Assembly: GCF_018350175.1 (NCBI RefSeq)
Contig: NC_058368.1
Coordinates: forward strand, 211,608,001 to 211,672,000
DNA from: Felis catus
Lineage: Eukaryota
Direction: 5' to 3'
Length of the DNA: 64,000 bases
Within the stretch, counting starts at the first letter, position 1. Every line of letters begins with the position of its first letter. The position numbers and the translations under genes are program-made. This document shows, piece by piece, positions 24,431 through 37,836 of this stretch. The notes beneath the pieces were generated by a model. It saw nothing but the letters and a program-made list of their open reading frames with translations, had not been told where the DNA came from and searched no databases.

Positions 24431-25868
24431 GCAACGATTCGATCGTTACTGCTCCACTGCTGATGATATATTTCTAGAAAGAGGATTGTGTTTCCTCTTT
24501 CCTTTCTAAAACACAAGAGAGTCACTGAACACTAACCACCATGGCTGAAGGGCAATTTAGGAATGAAAAAATCTCTAGACCTCATCGTTCGAAGCCTCTG
24601 TGTTTTATCACGGTATTCTAAAACCACTTTAAAATCATTCAGCATTTCCATGGTAGTATCATGTACAGTATTTTAAAAAGCAGAGAGTTATCAGCTGGGG
24701 GATTAGGTTACATTCTGTACATGTAATGTACAGAGAGAAACTCTATTCTTTTTTAGGGGTTTGGTTCTGTTCCTGGCTTATACATCAATTTCCTCTTCCT
24801 GTTCAAACCCAGACGGTTCACATTCCTGCACAACTTTATGGTTATTGGTGTTTCTGTGGAAACAACCACCTAGGAAGTGGCATTTCCCAGGCTACGAGCC
24901 TCACATTAAGTTTTCTTGGCAAGATGAGAGAAGGGTGTTTCAGATCCATAAAACCCATAATTTTAGCATGATTGTCAGATAATAAGGATAATAATAGAGT
25001 TGTAGAGCTTTAGAACTAGAAGAACATTAGATCCCATCGAGGCCAACCCCCTCATTTTACAGATGAGTAAGTACCTTATGCTGAAACCATGTCTGACAGT
25101 CCTAAAAGGGTTTCCACACAGATTATGTCATTTGTCTTCCCAACGCCTCCTTAGATAGTCAGTAAGTAGGTATGACTTATCTCCACTTTGTAGATGAAGA
25201 AACTGAGGCCTAAGCCATGAAAGAAAGCAATCAATGGGCACATCTACAACTCAACACTTTGACTGTCTTGTCAGCGCCCTTCCCATCGTGGCCTGACGCC
25301 TCTCAGGACCCTGTATGTCTATTGGAACCATCTAGACTTCAGTTTTCCCAGACTTGATACTTTTGGACTTTGAAGCCCTGTCGTATGCAGAACAAACTCT
25401 AAGGCCGTCAACATGATGCATGAGGCCCTCACCCCTGTCCTTTGCCCCTCTCTTCAGCCTCATCCCTTGCCATGCCGGGTTTCTACTTTTTGCTGTAACA
25501 ACTCGAAAAGCAGTTACCACTGCTTGGAACAACTTTCCAATTTACTTTTTTTCACCCTAACTTTTTTTTAAGAATGAGCCTGAGATGCTCACCATTTTTC
25601 TCGAAAATCTACCCTAGCCGTTGCTCTAGAAAAGGTGGGTCTATACACTGCATGACTTTACCCAAACCTGATTTGACCAGAGACGGCCTTGAAATCTGGA
25701 GAGAGGAAAATGAAGAGCTGTGTAGATCTGAGAACAGATAAGAATCCGGAGAGACTGAGGAAAATACAGAAAGAAGTTCACGTTGTTCCTGATAACCTTT
25801 ATATCACCTGGTTCCAAATCCTTAGCTCCCACGAGATACTCCTGTGTGATCCACAGATGCTCCCTTTG

Positions 25869-26085
25869 GCAGTGGTGTTCTGGTAAACCAGCCCCCTAAA
25901 AACAAACAACAAAGAAACAAACAACAAAGCCCTGATTTTTAGTGTTTGCCAATTCCTAGGGTGTAAATACTCCCACTGTGGCCTATTTCAAGCTATCATG
26001 AGGTTACCAAATGCAGAGCTGGGGGAGACATGCACATATATTTGCCCTTCGTGGGCTCGTATGAACTGGCTGTACCTCATCACTG
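25869..26085. mobile_element. MER63-like hAT-Blackjack MITE
   Basis: Imperfect terminal inverted repeats cagtggtg...catcactg; internal 'gtgtaaatactcccactgtggcctatttcaagct'. Confidence 0.7.
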
Positions 26086-26579
26086 CGTTGGGCTTAGGCT
26101 AAGTGAACGTTTCCTGTTCTTTGCATCCAAATCCTGTACTATATTAAATTAAGACACTGTTGATGGCTACTTTATGTCTCACAATAAAGGGGAAAACACT
26201 ACTTTTAAACTATACCATAATGCTTTAAGGCCAGTCCTCTGCCAGTCCCGCTAGCCACTGCTCCTTTGACACTTTCTCGTCTGGGCTTAGCAACTATTCC
26301 TCCTGGTAGCTGTGTTGCTAAGTGTGTGGTAGGCAATTCTTTCTTCGGTATCTTAGCAACAAAATGTAACACAGCTTCATTTACTTGTGGGTGTCTTCTT
26401 GAATCTAGGAAAATACTTGCTGCTTTGTGAGCAAACACAGAGCTGCAGACATTCTTCTAATGATGAAGATCTGCTTTCTTAATATCAGAGTCTGGGCTTT
26501 CACTCTGCTCCCCTATTTTTCTGTGTAGACAATACCTTTCGGCTGTAACACGAAATCCTACGTAATTTCTTGAAGACAT

Positions 26580-26812
26580 TTTATTTTATTTTTAAATTTG
26601 TTTAATATTTATTAATTTTTGAGAGGCAGAGAGAGAGAGACAGAGCGTGAGCGGGGGAGGGGCAGAGAGAGAGGGAGACACAGAATCCGAAGCAGCCTCC
26701 AGGCTCTGAGCTGTCAGCACAGAACTCGATGCGGGACTCGAAACCACAAACCGGGAGATCATGACCTGAGCCAAAGTCAGATGGGTAACAGACTGAGCCA
26801 CCCAGGCGCCCC
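26580..26812 (-). mobile_element. SINEC
   Basis: TSD tcttgaagacatttt 26568-26582 / 26813-26827. Confidence 0.95.
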
Positions 26813-29199
26813 TCTTGAAGACATTTTGAACAGCAGTTAAACTCCACATTAAATGTTGAAAATAACTCAAATGAACCGATGTCAAAATGAGCAAGTTTCT
26901 TCCTGTGGGTGTGATGACAATGTCATTGTAGCTTGCCTGGCCCATAGCTACTAGGGATTATAAACTACTAGGATTATAAGAAGAATCCTAGTTTCAGAGA
27001 TGTTACAATGTAGAGAAGAGTGCATTTTAGAAGCAGTGAACTTAATCTCGTAACACAGAAAGTAATTTGACTCAGCTACCACCACCTCAGTCTTTCCTAG
27101 TTATCTTTTGCTCCTTCTTCAGAGTTGGGCTGAGCACCCCACCTGGTGCTCCCATAGCATGCTGCGTATATCATCACGATGTCACTGAATGCAGAGTTGG
27201 GAAGATGGGTGGTGTCCTAATCGTCTGTTTACCCAAGGAATGTTATCTTTGATAACTCTTTGGCTCCACAGAACATTGCACACTGTCTGGCACATCGCAG
27301 GTCCTCAGTAAATGCTTAATGATTGATTTGTGAGTCCTAGGAGAGAGTTTATCTTTCAGGCCAGCAGTGTGCAAAGTTCTGAGTGGGATAAACCCTGTCT
27401 GTCCCAGGTCCTCTCCTGTAGCAAACCACTCTCTGACCATCCCCCTGAATCATATCAAAATGTCAGAATGCACTGTCCCTCTTGCTTGCATTCTTCCTCA
27501 TGCCCTTGATATGGGGAAACCAAGTCATATTAAAATTCTACTGAGTAATAATGGTATCGTGTTTATTCACTCCAGATATGTCATGCCTTTTTCTAAGGAG
27601 GTGGGAAGGGGCTACCTCACAGAAGAGGATCTTGATAAGAATTCTGGGCTGATTTGAGGACATTTTTGAGCCAGACTGCTTTTCCCTAAAGTCATACCAC
27701 GTAAATGATTGCCCAAGTTCACTTTCTATCCTAATTTGGGGCCATGATGTATTAATTTAAATGGTCTGTATCATCTTTCCAATCACCCCCTTTGGAGGTC
27801 TTCTTGCCATATTTATGGGATTAGCTTGGGCAAGGGACCAGCATAGGTGACCCACCCCAACCTGTAGGGGAGGCAGGACCACTTGCTCTGAACTAACTTA
27901 ACTGTGTTTTATTATCTCCCAGCCAAGAGTCACAAAACCCAACTCACGTCATTGCGATATCCTGTTTCCTTAAATGAGAGAAATCCTCAACCTCTTCCAG
28001 ATCATCTTAATTCCTGCTCTTCTTCGTGAGTGCCTCTCATCTTCCCCTCTATTTCCAAAACTTCCAAAAATAAGTCCCTTCGGATATTTGGTTTTCTCAC
28101 AATATTCTTCTCTCCATGCACCGCTTTACTGTCCACGGTCTATCCCAACCTAGGAAAGTCGAAGAAAGAAGCACTCGTGATAGATGCCAATCAAATAAAC
28201 AAACAGCAGTAATTCAGAAACTTACAATACAGTTTTCCCGGTTTTGGAGTCTCACACACTGGGATACTGGAAAGATATCAAAGGATGAGAAAGTGGGACC
28301 CCGTCCAACTCGAGGCACCTGAGATTTAATGCTCAGACAGAGGTGGGTGGGGGAACTGCTTCCCTGTTTCAAAAAGGCAAAACGCAGTCTCTAGTAACTC
28401 TTCTTCTGTATGGAGACTCTGTGGATCAAAAACCTCAAGAATGAAACACTTAATTACAACCAAACACGGAGTGAACAAAGGAATGAGAACGGTTTTATGT
28501 GAATCCTGCCCACAAAGGAAGGCAGCTTCTTCCAAATTTTGTAAGAGATCAGTGACAAGCGGGAATTTTTTATTTCTGGGCGCAGTGAGCAATCAATTTA
28601 AAGAGCCGTCCCCACGTATGTTTTCATAGCAAATAGGTACAGGCTCACCGCCCCGGTGAGCTTTGGGGCTGCCGAATAGTCTTGGAGCTTTTGTATGGAC
28701 TTAATTTCATGACTGCGGAAAAACTATTTCAGCCATTTCCCTAACTTTAATAGTTTCCATCCGTAACCTCGAAAAGGAAGGTAAAAATAACGAATGGATG
28801 TGATGAGGGGGTTGCTCCTGAGTCTCTGTCAGCACAGAGTCGTGCCAAGGACACGGCCCCAGGGAGGGGTGCGTGGCCCCTCGTCGTCTCTCACCGGGAG
28901 CCTCTTTTGTTAACGGCTTCTCTTGGCCATCATCTCTTCCAGACGCATGTGGCCAAATGATGCACTTGGCAGGAGATTGTCAGGAAAAGGGTATTCCTGG
29001 GGTGGAGGCTCTGAGTCGCAGACTGGGCAGCCAGTAGAGACAGCACAGTAGATTCAAACAGGCTAACTGTTTCAGCGCAGAGCCGGCCTCAACGGCCATG
29101 TGGCTGGGCTGACTCCTGAGGAGTCCTATCCCTCTGCGTCCATGCTCACTCGGGCTCCCGGGGCCCCCACCAGTCTCTCTGCATCCTCCCCTCCCTGCA

Positions 29200-29778
29200 C
29201 TCACCTCTCCTGCCCAACCACCAAAGCCGAAGTCATCTCTGAACGCCACCAAGCAATTTCCTGCTTCAGACATTTCAGTAGTTCCCATCACACTCAGAAT
29301 CACACTCAGACTCCTTATCTCAGCCTGCAAGGCCCTGTAACATCTGGCCACTCACTTCCCCTGCACATCACCTCACACGGTCTCTTCCTAGTTCCCTGGG
29401 CTCTCGCCAGTGGCCTCTGTCTCTTCCTTGAGCGTGCCACACCTTCCCCCCTCAGGGCCTGGGCACTCGCTGTTCCCTCTGTCTGGACTAGCACTGCCCA
29501 TGTCTCCCCATTGTCATCCCTCTGGTCTCAGCGCCGCCCCCCCCCCCCCCACCGCCATGGCCCTGCCCAGACCACCCAGTCAGATGTGGCAACCCTTTCC
29601 CAGTCATTCTCTGCCAGGTTTGCAAGTCTTTCTTTTATTTATTTTTCCCTGTTTATTGTTCCATTTTTTCCTACCAGAACGTCAGGTCGTGAGGAGAGGG
29701 ATTTTTATTTTGAACAGCGTAGTGTCCTTAGCACGGAGCTGGCACGTAGTAGGAAGTCCATAAATACTTGTTGAGCAA
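29200..29778 (+). mobile_element. L2 3' region
   Basis: 'ctcagggcctgggcactcgctgttccctctgtctgga' and terminus 'ctggcacgtagtaggaagtccataaatacttgttga'. Confidence 0.75.
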
Positions 29779-32219
29779 CCGAGTCCCTTAAGTTATTTGG
29801 CCCTTTGTCTTTCAGGCCCCAGCAAAGCTCGCTCCCTCTCTTTCAGGATCTGACTCTAAATCCTGGAGGATCCTCCTGCTCCTAGAACCATTATTCATCA
29901 CTCCCTTCTGCATTTGGACGAGTTTTTTGTTTGTTTGCTTGTTGGTTTGTTTTTTGAAAGAGTGTGTTTTAACCAGGGTCTAGTACATTACGAGAACTTC
30001 AAGTGTCAAGCGATAAATGTGAACCGATGGAAAATGTTACTGCCATGGAGGGCTGCCCTTTTGTAAATCCAGTTGTGGCGTCCTTATGTCACTGCTCAGC
30101 CCAGTCACTAGCAGCGACATGTATTCTGGATCTCTCTCCACTGTGTGTTTCAGATAATTGACTCCAAGTGTGGCTCAAGCTCACTCTTCTTTTTCTGGCT
30201 TCTCTTGTGGTTCTTAAGACAGGATATTACATAAACCTAGGATTCGAAAATATGTTCTTCTGATACTTATTATTAGAAACACTAAGGTCTAGAAATATAG
30301 TTCACCTTAAGAGGAATTTCAACTGCTTTTACATGCATTATGCGATTGCAGTCATCAAACGTGAGACTCTGCCCTCCTCAGTGTGCGTATATTCAGTTTG
30401 CAAAACACATTTGAATTATCGACCTTGCTTGAACTTCACAAGCCGTGGAGCTGTCAGTGAAGAAATGACCCCCGTATTACAGAGGGGGAAACCAGTTCAG
30501 AGTGGTTGGGAATCCCAAACTGTGTCCCAATTGACCGGATGTCCCAAAGCCCTTGCCTCATCACCATCACAATGTTGTTTTCATCGTGAAATTGAGTAAC
30601 TCTGTAAAACAGGATCAAAAGTCTTGATTGCACGGAGTTACATATGCATGAGTACAGTTCACAACCTGCTGAAGACTCAAGTGCTTTTTCAGGAAAGGTT
30701 TCTGAGGTTTCCCTCACGAAGATCTCTGTTATTTTTTCTCCAGTGCGGATTCCCCCAGACATGGAGGGTCCAAATCAGTTTTTGATCCTTAGATCACTAG
30801 CATTTTGATGTGGAGTTTATTAGATTCCAGTCAAAAGCAGTGGAGCCTGTCCAGTTCACCTGAAACAGGAACAGATTTGTTTTCTTCCATAGGTTTCAAA
30901 GTGTTGACAAAAGCACAAAGCCCCCTCCTTTAATACCACCTCAGTGACCCAAGGATAATTTGCACATGGGGTCTGAGCGTGTGTTACGTAGGTTTACACT
31001 TGGGAAAGGTGTCTGTGAAAATTACGCAGAGTATAAATTAAGTTGTATCTCAAGGTCATCCTCAAAGCCTTCTGTTTCAATGCAGTTGGAAGCATAAAAC
31101 ATCACTTAAAATAAATGAGCTACAGCTATGGACAGGCAATCTTTCCTCTAACTCATGGTTTATTATCATGGTGTTTCAAGTGGAGGGGTTATTAGGCTCG
31201 TCCAATTCAAAAGACTGCCCTATACCTTTGGTAGAAAGATACAAGGGATGATATTTTCCTTTTTAAAGAAACATTTTGTACAGATGTACAATGTGAGCCT
31301 AGATACAGGAAAGTAACCTATTTCCTTCCAGAAGAAAACAGGATATGTATTTAGTACCTGATCACTTCCCTTTTGTTGCAGGTCCCAATAGCTACTATTT
31401 AGTGTAAGAACTCACTAATAATTATGATGTATGTATAATCTTTTTAAAAAATCAGTTTACAAAGTTCTTCATATTATTTTCTTTATTCTCCCACCAGCTC
31501 TGTGAATATCATTATCTTTGCTGACAACTGAGGAGACCAAGGCCCAGAGCAATTAAGGGGCTTTTTCCAGGCCACCCAGAGTATCAATAACAGAGGAACT
31601 AAAACCATGATTTCAGACTCCACAATACCTGCTTTCCACCACTGCCATGCTTTGTGAGAGCATTTTAGTAGAGTTTTCTGAAATGTTCATGTTAGAGGAA
31701 GAGAAAATGCTAATTACATATAACTTTTGAGCCCTAATCACCACTAAATTCCTGGTATCAAATTTCTAATTGCCTTGTTAATGAATTGACCAAGATAATC
31801 CTCCTACTAGATAATAAGCTACTCAATAATTGGAAGTTAGCTGCTGTTATCTCAAGGATGTGTGAAACCTAAGCCTGGCCATTCTAGGGGGAAAAAGGAA
31901 GCTGATCTGATAGTTGTGAGGTTTTCCTTGCCCCTGACCCCACCCCTCCCCTGACCCCTTGCCCCTGACCCCACCCCGCCCCATTTGAACAGCTCTGGAA
32001 GAGCGTGGCCATTGTTACAACCTGATGGTACAGAATTTGGTCCTCGGATATCAGAAGATAAATTATGTTAGTTTGAGAGTCATCTTGGCCCTGTTTAAAT
32101 GCCTCCCTTTCTGGGTCCCATTTTCAGAGTCAAGAACAAACTAACTTGTTCATACTTTACAGATGAACAGACTTGATAAGAAATAAAAAGGAGGCTGATG
32201 CCAGCCTCTTGGGTGTGTG

Positions 32220-32353
32220 ACTTGGGTAGTGGCCCAGGATCCCCAAGCCCTTGGTGAATCCTTTGTGGTTGCCATCTTGAAATTCTTAAGGTTTGAACAA
32301 GGGACTCTTCTTTCTCACTTTGTGTTTGTCCCTCAAATTAAGCAGCTGGTCCT
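32220..32353. mobile_element. MER91-like hAT-Tip100 MITE
   Basis: 'gccatcttgaaattcttaaggtttgaacaagggac...caaattaagcagctggtcct'; a related copy lies in the opposite orientation at ~44985-45140. Confidence 0.55.
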
Positions 32354-32927
32354 ATTTGGTACTGCAGGATATTAGCCTCAGAGATAGTGACCATGCCAGA
32401 ATAGAGTGCTGCCAAGGTTTTAGGTCTCCCCCAAAACTTGGAGATAGGCCAACCTACTCCTGACAGATCCAAAAAAGTGTAGGGTCAGGACAATGCAGGG
32501 GCCACAGAGCCTCTAGTCCTCAGCAAAGGCAGAAGGCACTGCCCAGCCCCTGGCAGAAGGTTCCAGCTTAGTTGAAGCCAATGAGGTGGGTGCCTGGTGC
32601 TCCTACCCAAATGTGAGGGAAATATGAAGTGCCTCCAGGAATATAATACTAGTCTCATTTGGGACCTTCTTCCCACATACCTACTTAACCTACTTAAGGG
32701 AGTGTTGGCATGGTCATATGGGAAGCATGTTCAATATCCAATAGGCTACAATCTTTTGGAACTTTTAAAAAACTCTTTTATTTTAGAAAGAATTTTGATT
32801 TTTTAATCCTAACATTTTTATTTAGTATAAAACAATATTCATTGAGAAACACATTTCATTACTGATGAGCAGAAAAAAGTTTAAAAATCCCCATGGTCTC
32901 ACTCCCAAGAGGTGATCATTATTAACA

Positions 32928-33112
32928 TTTTTAAAAATTTAGTTTGGTGGGGGGTTGGAGCAGAGAGAGAGGGAGAGAGAGAATTCCAAGCAGGCTCCAT
33001 GCTGTCAGCACAGAGCCTGACATGGGGCTTGAACTCACGAAACTGTGAGATCATGACCTGAATGGAAATCAAGAGTCAGACACTTAACCAACTGAGCCAC
33101 CCAGGCACCGCC
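32928..33112 (-). mobile_element. SINEC
   Basis: Reverse head ending ccaggcaccgcc. Confidence 0.92.
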
Positions 33113-33118
33113 ATTATT

Positions 33119-33809
33119 TATCTATTTATTTTAATTAATTAATTAATTAATTAATTTAAATTTGTATCCAAGTTAGTTAGCATATAGTGCAATAATGATT
33201 TCAGGACTAGAATCCAGTGATTCATCCCCCACACATAAAACCCAGTGGTCCTCCCAACAAATGTCCTCTTGAATGCCCCTTTCCTATGTAGCCCATCGCT
33301 CTACCCACAACCCCTCCAGCAACCTTCAGTTTGTTCTCTATATTTCAGAGTCTCTTACGTTTTGTCCCCCTTCCTATTTTTATATTATTTTTGCTTCCCT
33401 TCCTTTATGTTCATCTGTATCTTTAATTCCACATATAAGTGAAGTCATATGATATTTGTCTTTCTCTGACTAATTTTGCTTAACGTAATACCCTCTAGTT
33501 CCATCCACGTTGTTGCAAATGGTAAGATTTCATTCTTTTTGATTGCCAAGTAATACTCCATTGTGTGTGTATATATATGTATATGTATGTATATATGTAT
33601 GTGTATGTATGTGTATGTGTATGTATATATATGTATATGCATATATGTATATATATGAATGTGTGTGTGTATATATATATATATATGACATCTTTATCTG
33701 TTTATCTGCACCAGTTTGCATTTTCACCAGCAATGCAAAAGGGTTCCTCTTTCTCTGCATCCTTGCCAACATCTGATGTTTCCTGAGTTGTTAATTTTAG
33801 CCATTCTGA
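33119..33809 (-). mobile_element. 5'-truncated carnivore L1 3' end with an internal deletion and a (TA/TG) expansion
   Basis: Minus-strand [29 protein letters not shown]-rich tail; microsatellite 33562-33687. Confidence 0.92.
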
Positions 33810-34142
33810 CCAAGTACCCCATTATTAACGTTTTAACATATACATATATATATACATACACACATAGTTATTTTTATTTTCATTTAATATTTTGAGAATA
33901 CAATCCCATGCCATTAGATATTCCACCACTGTATCACAATAAATCTACCATGATTGCAATCACATTTATAGTTTATTGAACTAACCTCTGGCTTGATATT
34001 TAGATTAATTTTCATTTCTTGCTACTTTACACAGTTCTGTGATGAACAGGTGTGTAGCTAAATTTTTGCAATCACCCAAGTCTACTGTTTTAGAATAGTT
34101 TTCTGGAAGTGAGTTATCTGAGTAAAAGATATGAACATATCA

Positions 34143-34342
34143 GGGCGCCTGGTGGCTCAGTCGGTTAGGTGTCCGACTTCAGTTCAGGTCACGATCTCCC
34201 GGTTTGTGAGTTTGAGCCCCGCGTCAGGCTCTGTGCTGACAGCTCAGAGCATGGAGCCTGTTTCAGATTCTGTATCTCTCTCTCTGCCCCTCCCCTGCTC
34301 GTGTTCTGTCTCTCTCTCAAAAATAAACTTAAAAAAATTAAT
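34143..34342 (+). mobile_element. SINEC within an old L1M fossil (~32800-34430)
   Basis: Perfect TSD aaagatatgaacatat 34125-34140 / 34343-34358. Confidence 0.95.
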
Positions 34343-36559
34343 AAAGATATGAACATATTGAAAGATGCTTGTCTAATTTCCTTGCAGGACTGTTGTACCA
34401 ATCTCCATTCCCATCGGCAGTATATGTGAACTTGGGAAGTGTTTTTAGAGTCCTATAGAGCCTGGGTTTTGTGACTGGGTGGGAGGTAGTGATTCACACC
34501 CAGAAGAGGCTCCTTCTGGACTCTCATGGAATTTCTAGAATTGCAAAGGGTCAATAGAACGGAGGTATACATGGCAGTCATTTTATGATTTGTAGTCTAG
34601 GCAACTAGTGTGGGGTGAAAATTATCCTAAAGAGATTACTGCCAAGAGGTTGCTCAGATATTTTATTTGCCTATAATTGCACCTTCTACTTATGTGTAAC
34701 AGCGCGATCCCATGGTGCTGAATCAAAGATTTATAAAAATTGCGCTAAACCCATGTCCTGTAATTTGAAAAACAAAACACAACAAAACGAGCCTTTGTGG
34801 GTTTTTTTGTTAGTGTTGTTCTTTATTCAATCGTCAGTAGTCATTGGTTGGTTTGGATTCCCTGCGCCTCTCCCCTTCCAGCTTTTTTTTGTCCACTGGA
34901 GAAGCACATGTTGTATGGTAGTTCTGACCATTCAAAAGCGAGCTCCTTGAACTTCAGCTTCCTTTGTAAATAAAAATTCCAGCTCAGATCTCGTTCCTAC
35001 TTACAAACACCGAGCCTCCTAATCTCCATGTCTCTTTTGGTATCAGATTTCTCTTTAGGGATTCATGTATAATCCTTTTCCACAAAGCAGGCCTGCATCT
35101 GAGCTTCTGGAAACAAATCAATAGGAGGGAAATGCCAGTAAATCTACCAGAAGTAAAGCTGGAATTTGGAGGTTCAGTCAATCGTGGGAGCCCTCACATT
35201 TATTTATTTATTTTTAATCAACAAAGATTTTATTATTACACTATGGTTGTGATAGATACAGAAGAGAATCTGAATTCTTAAAAATTATAGATCACATAGA
35301 GTGTTTCTAGTAAATGGGTGTGATGTGCAACATCATTTAAAGATAAATCTCCCTGTGCGTTATGGATGATACTCCAGGAATACTCTCTAATGTCAGGAAG
35401 AGCCATAACCCACCAGCGTGGTAGGCAGTCTTTTCTAGCGACTAGCGGTTTGGGTCTGTGGTTTGTTTACTTTCCTACACAAAAATGCAATGGATTATAC
35501 AACCTCTGGAGTGGGTAGTCTGAGAATTCCCAGGGTACAATGGCTTATTCTTTTTAAAACGCATTAAAAATGAATTGGCCATTTATCATTAGTAATAGCA
35601 CACATTATTTTCTTGATATCATCTCTTTTTTCTCCTTCTCTTGCGCATATCCCTGTTTTCTGTTTCCAGTTGCTCGCCCACGTTAATTTTCTTTGCTTTT
35701 AGAGCTTACTCACACATCTCCTTTTAGTTTTCTTTGTAACAGCTCCAACACATTTCTTTTCACATTTGTGATTTTTGCTTAGCTTTCCTCCTTGTTTTTT
35801 CCACCAAACCCTGTTTATTTTCATTTTCTTCCCAATGGTCTGATTTCTCTCCCTGCCTGTCATATTTAATTGAGGTTTGCTGCGTGGTTAAGATGAAGAA
35901 AGTCTTTTCTTCTCATGCTCAAAAAGGAAAGTGCTGCTGTATAGTTTTAGCTTCTAGATTACTACCTGTCTTGAATAGGATCCCCAGTTCTATCCTTTGT
36001 AAACCCAGTCATGGTACAGCTTTGTGCTCTGTGTAGAACACACCAGGGACACCCAGGTTCAAGATGCGTTGTTCCGAATTCCCAGTGTTGCTTTCTTGAA
36101 CACGATGGAGCATCCTTATCACCAACTTCACCCCTTTCTTTGTCTCACCGCTCCTGCTATTGACAGATGTTTTGGGCTAGAATTCGCCCCTTTTGTTGAA
36201 GGGGAAATTAGTAGCTCTCAGCTCACTAATCAAAACCCAAGAAATGTTTAAAGAGAGGCATTAAATTCAAATCATCACCTCCAGAGGCTCTCTCATTTGC
36301 AGAATAAAAAACACTTCAAGGGGCATTGAAAAAGAATTCTGGAGCAATGAATAGTTAGAAAATGTGGTTTGTATGGGGAAGCATTCACTCTGCTTGTGAG
36401 TCTTTGTCACCGGACACGTTTCTCTCTTTGGGAAACTCTGGATCATAGGTATCCATGTGAGGGGAACATCATATACTTTTTTAAGGTCTTGCTCATTCTT
36501 AAATGAGCATGTGGTGGTGTGGGGGGGCGGATAATGTGAATTCTAAAATATAGAGCATC

Positions 36560-37060
36560 TCAGACTCTCCACTGAGTCATTTCCTTGTTCTCATTAATTG
36601 GCTCATACCCAACTACAGAGTGGAAAGCTATTTTTATGCATTTGCTCACAACTGAGAGATCTAACACAAGATTCAGCCAATACAAGTTGGCGGTTTAAAA
36701 AAGAGAAAAAGATGCCTTGCTATATCTCATTAAATGAGGTCAACAATAGGTTTCATGTTTTGAGATGATCTTTCCTGTCTAAAGCATTTGTAGATAGGTT
36801 AAGAATAATTTGGGGACAAATCAGTGCTTGGAGACAAAGATGATATTCTCTCTGTCCTTTTCCTTCTATCATTTTCCTTCTGCTGTATCTTGGGGATATT
36901 TTTCCTTCGTGCTTGACTTTTTCGGGGTGGGATGGGTTGAAGGTCTATCAGACATAAATGCTCTGCAATAAAATGTGACTCACCGGCTGTCTCCACTGTA
37001 CACGTCGTAAAGGCTGTAACTCAACTGTGCGGCTGACTCAGTAATTACCCAGCACCATCT
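36560..37060. promoter_or_regulatory. Candidate distal enhancer (AP-1 cluster)
   Basis: TGA(C/G)TCA at 36573, 36976 and 37034 in a repeat-poor block. Confidence 0.35.
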
Positions 37061-37618
37061 TTATTGAAATTATCAAGCAATCTAGAAATTAGGAGTGAAA
37101 TAACCCATGAAGTCATCCCGACCTGGCTATTCCGGGCCCAGGTAAGAGTCTTTTGCGGGCCATTCTTCTGTTACTCTTTCAATTTAGTTTTATAATCACC
37201 GGTCATACAACCACTCTGTTCATTAATTTGGCACATTTCTGTTCCAACTAGCTATCACATAAAACTATAGAGCGGATCACTAAGAAGCACAGCACATATC
37301 CTGAGATTAAGTAGCACTTATTTTGCAAAAAATAACAGATTGGAGGCCAGTCTGTGAAACTCAGGAAAACCCATAAGATTTAAGGAGGTTATTTATGAAG
37401 TCTGATCTTGGTGCTGACGGTGGAGTAGCAAGGCTCACTCGGGACAGACTTTGGGCATTTTGCCAGTGGAGAAAGGTCTATGTGTCTGGGGGAATGGACT
37501 GTCCACTGAGCCATCTTCCCCCTTCCAGGTGTCAGTGCTGGGCATGGGATGACTAGGAGATGGAGAGGGGCGGGCTTGGATTAATTTTTTTTTTTTTTTT
37601 AAGAAAATGCCATGAATC

Positions 37619-37836
37619 GGGGCACCTGGGTGGCTCAGTCGGTTGAGCGTCCAACTTCGGCTCAGGTCATGATCTCACGGTTCGTGGATTCGAGCCCCAC
37701 GTCGGGCTCTGTGCTTACAGCTGGGAGCCTGGAGCCTGCTTCAGATTCTGTGTCTCCCTCTCTCTCTGCCCCTCCCCTGCTTGCGCTCTCTCTCAAAAAT
37801 AAAAATAAACATTAAAAAAAATTAAAAAAAAAAAAA
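37619..37836 (+). mobile_element. SINEC
   Basis: Perfect 18-bp TSD aagaaaatgccatgaatc 37601-37618 / 37835-37852. Confidence 0.96.

Noticed and set aside
28643..28661. Hairpin gctcaccg-ccc-cggtgagc followed by T's
   Set aside because: An 8-bp stem is expected by chance, and intrinsic terminators do not apply to mammalian intergenic DNA.
29100..29774. 224-aa ORF
   Set aside because: Lies over a degenerate L2 element; GTG start, no domain or splice support.
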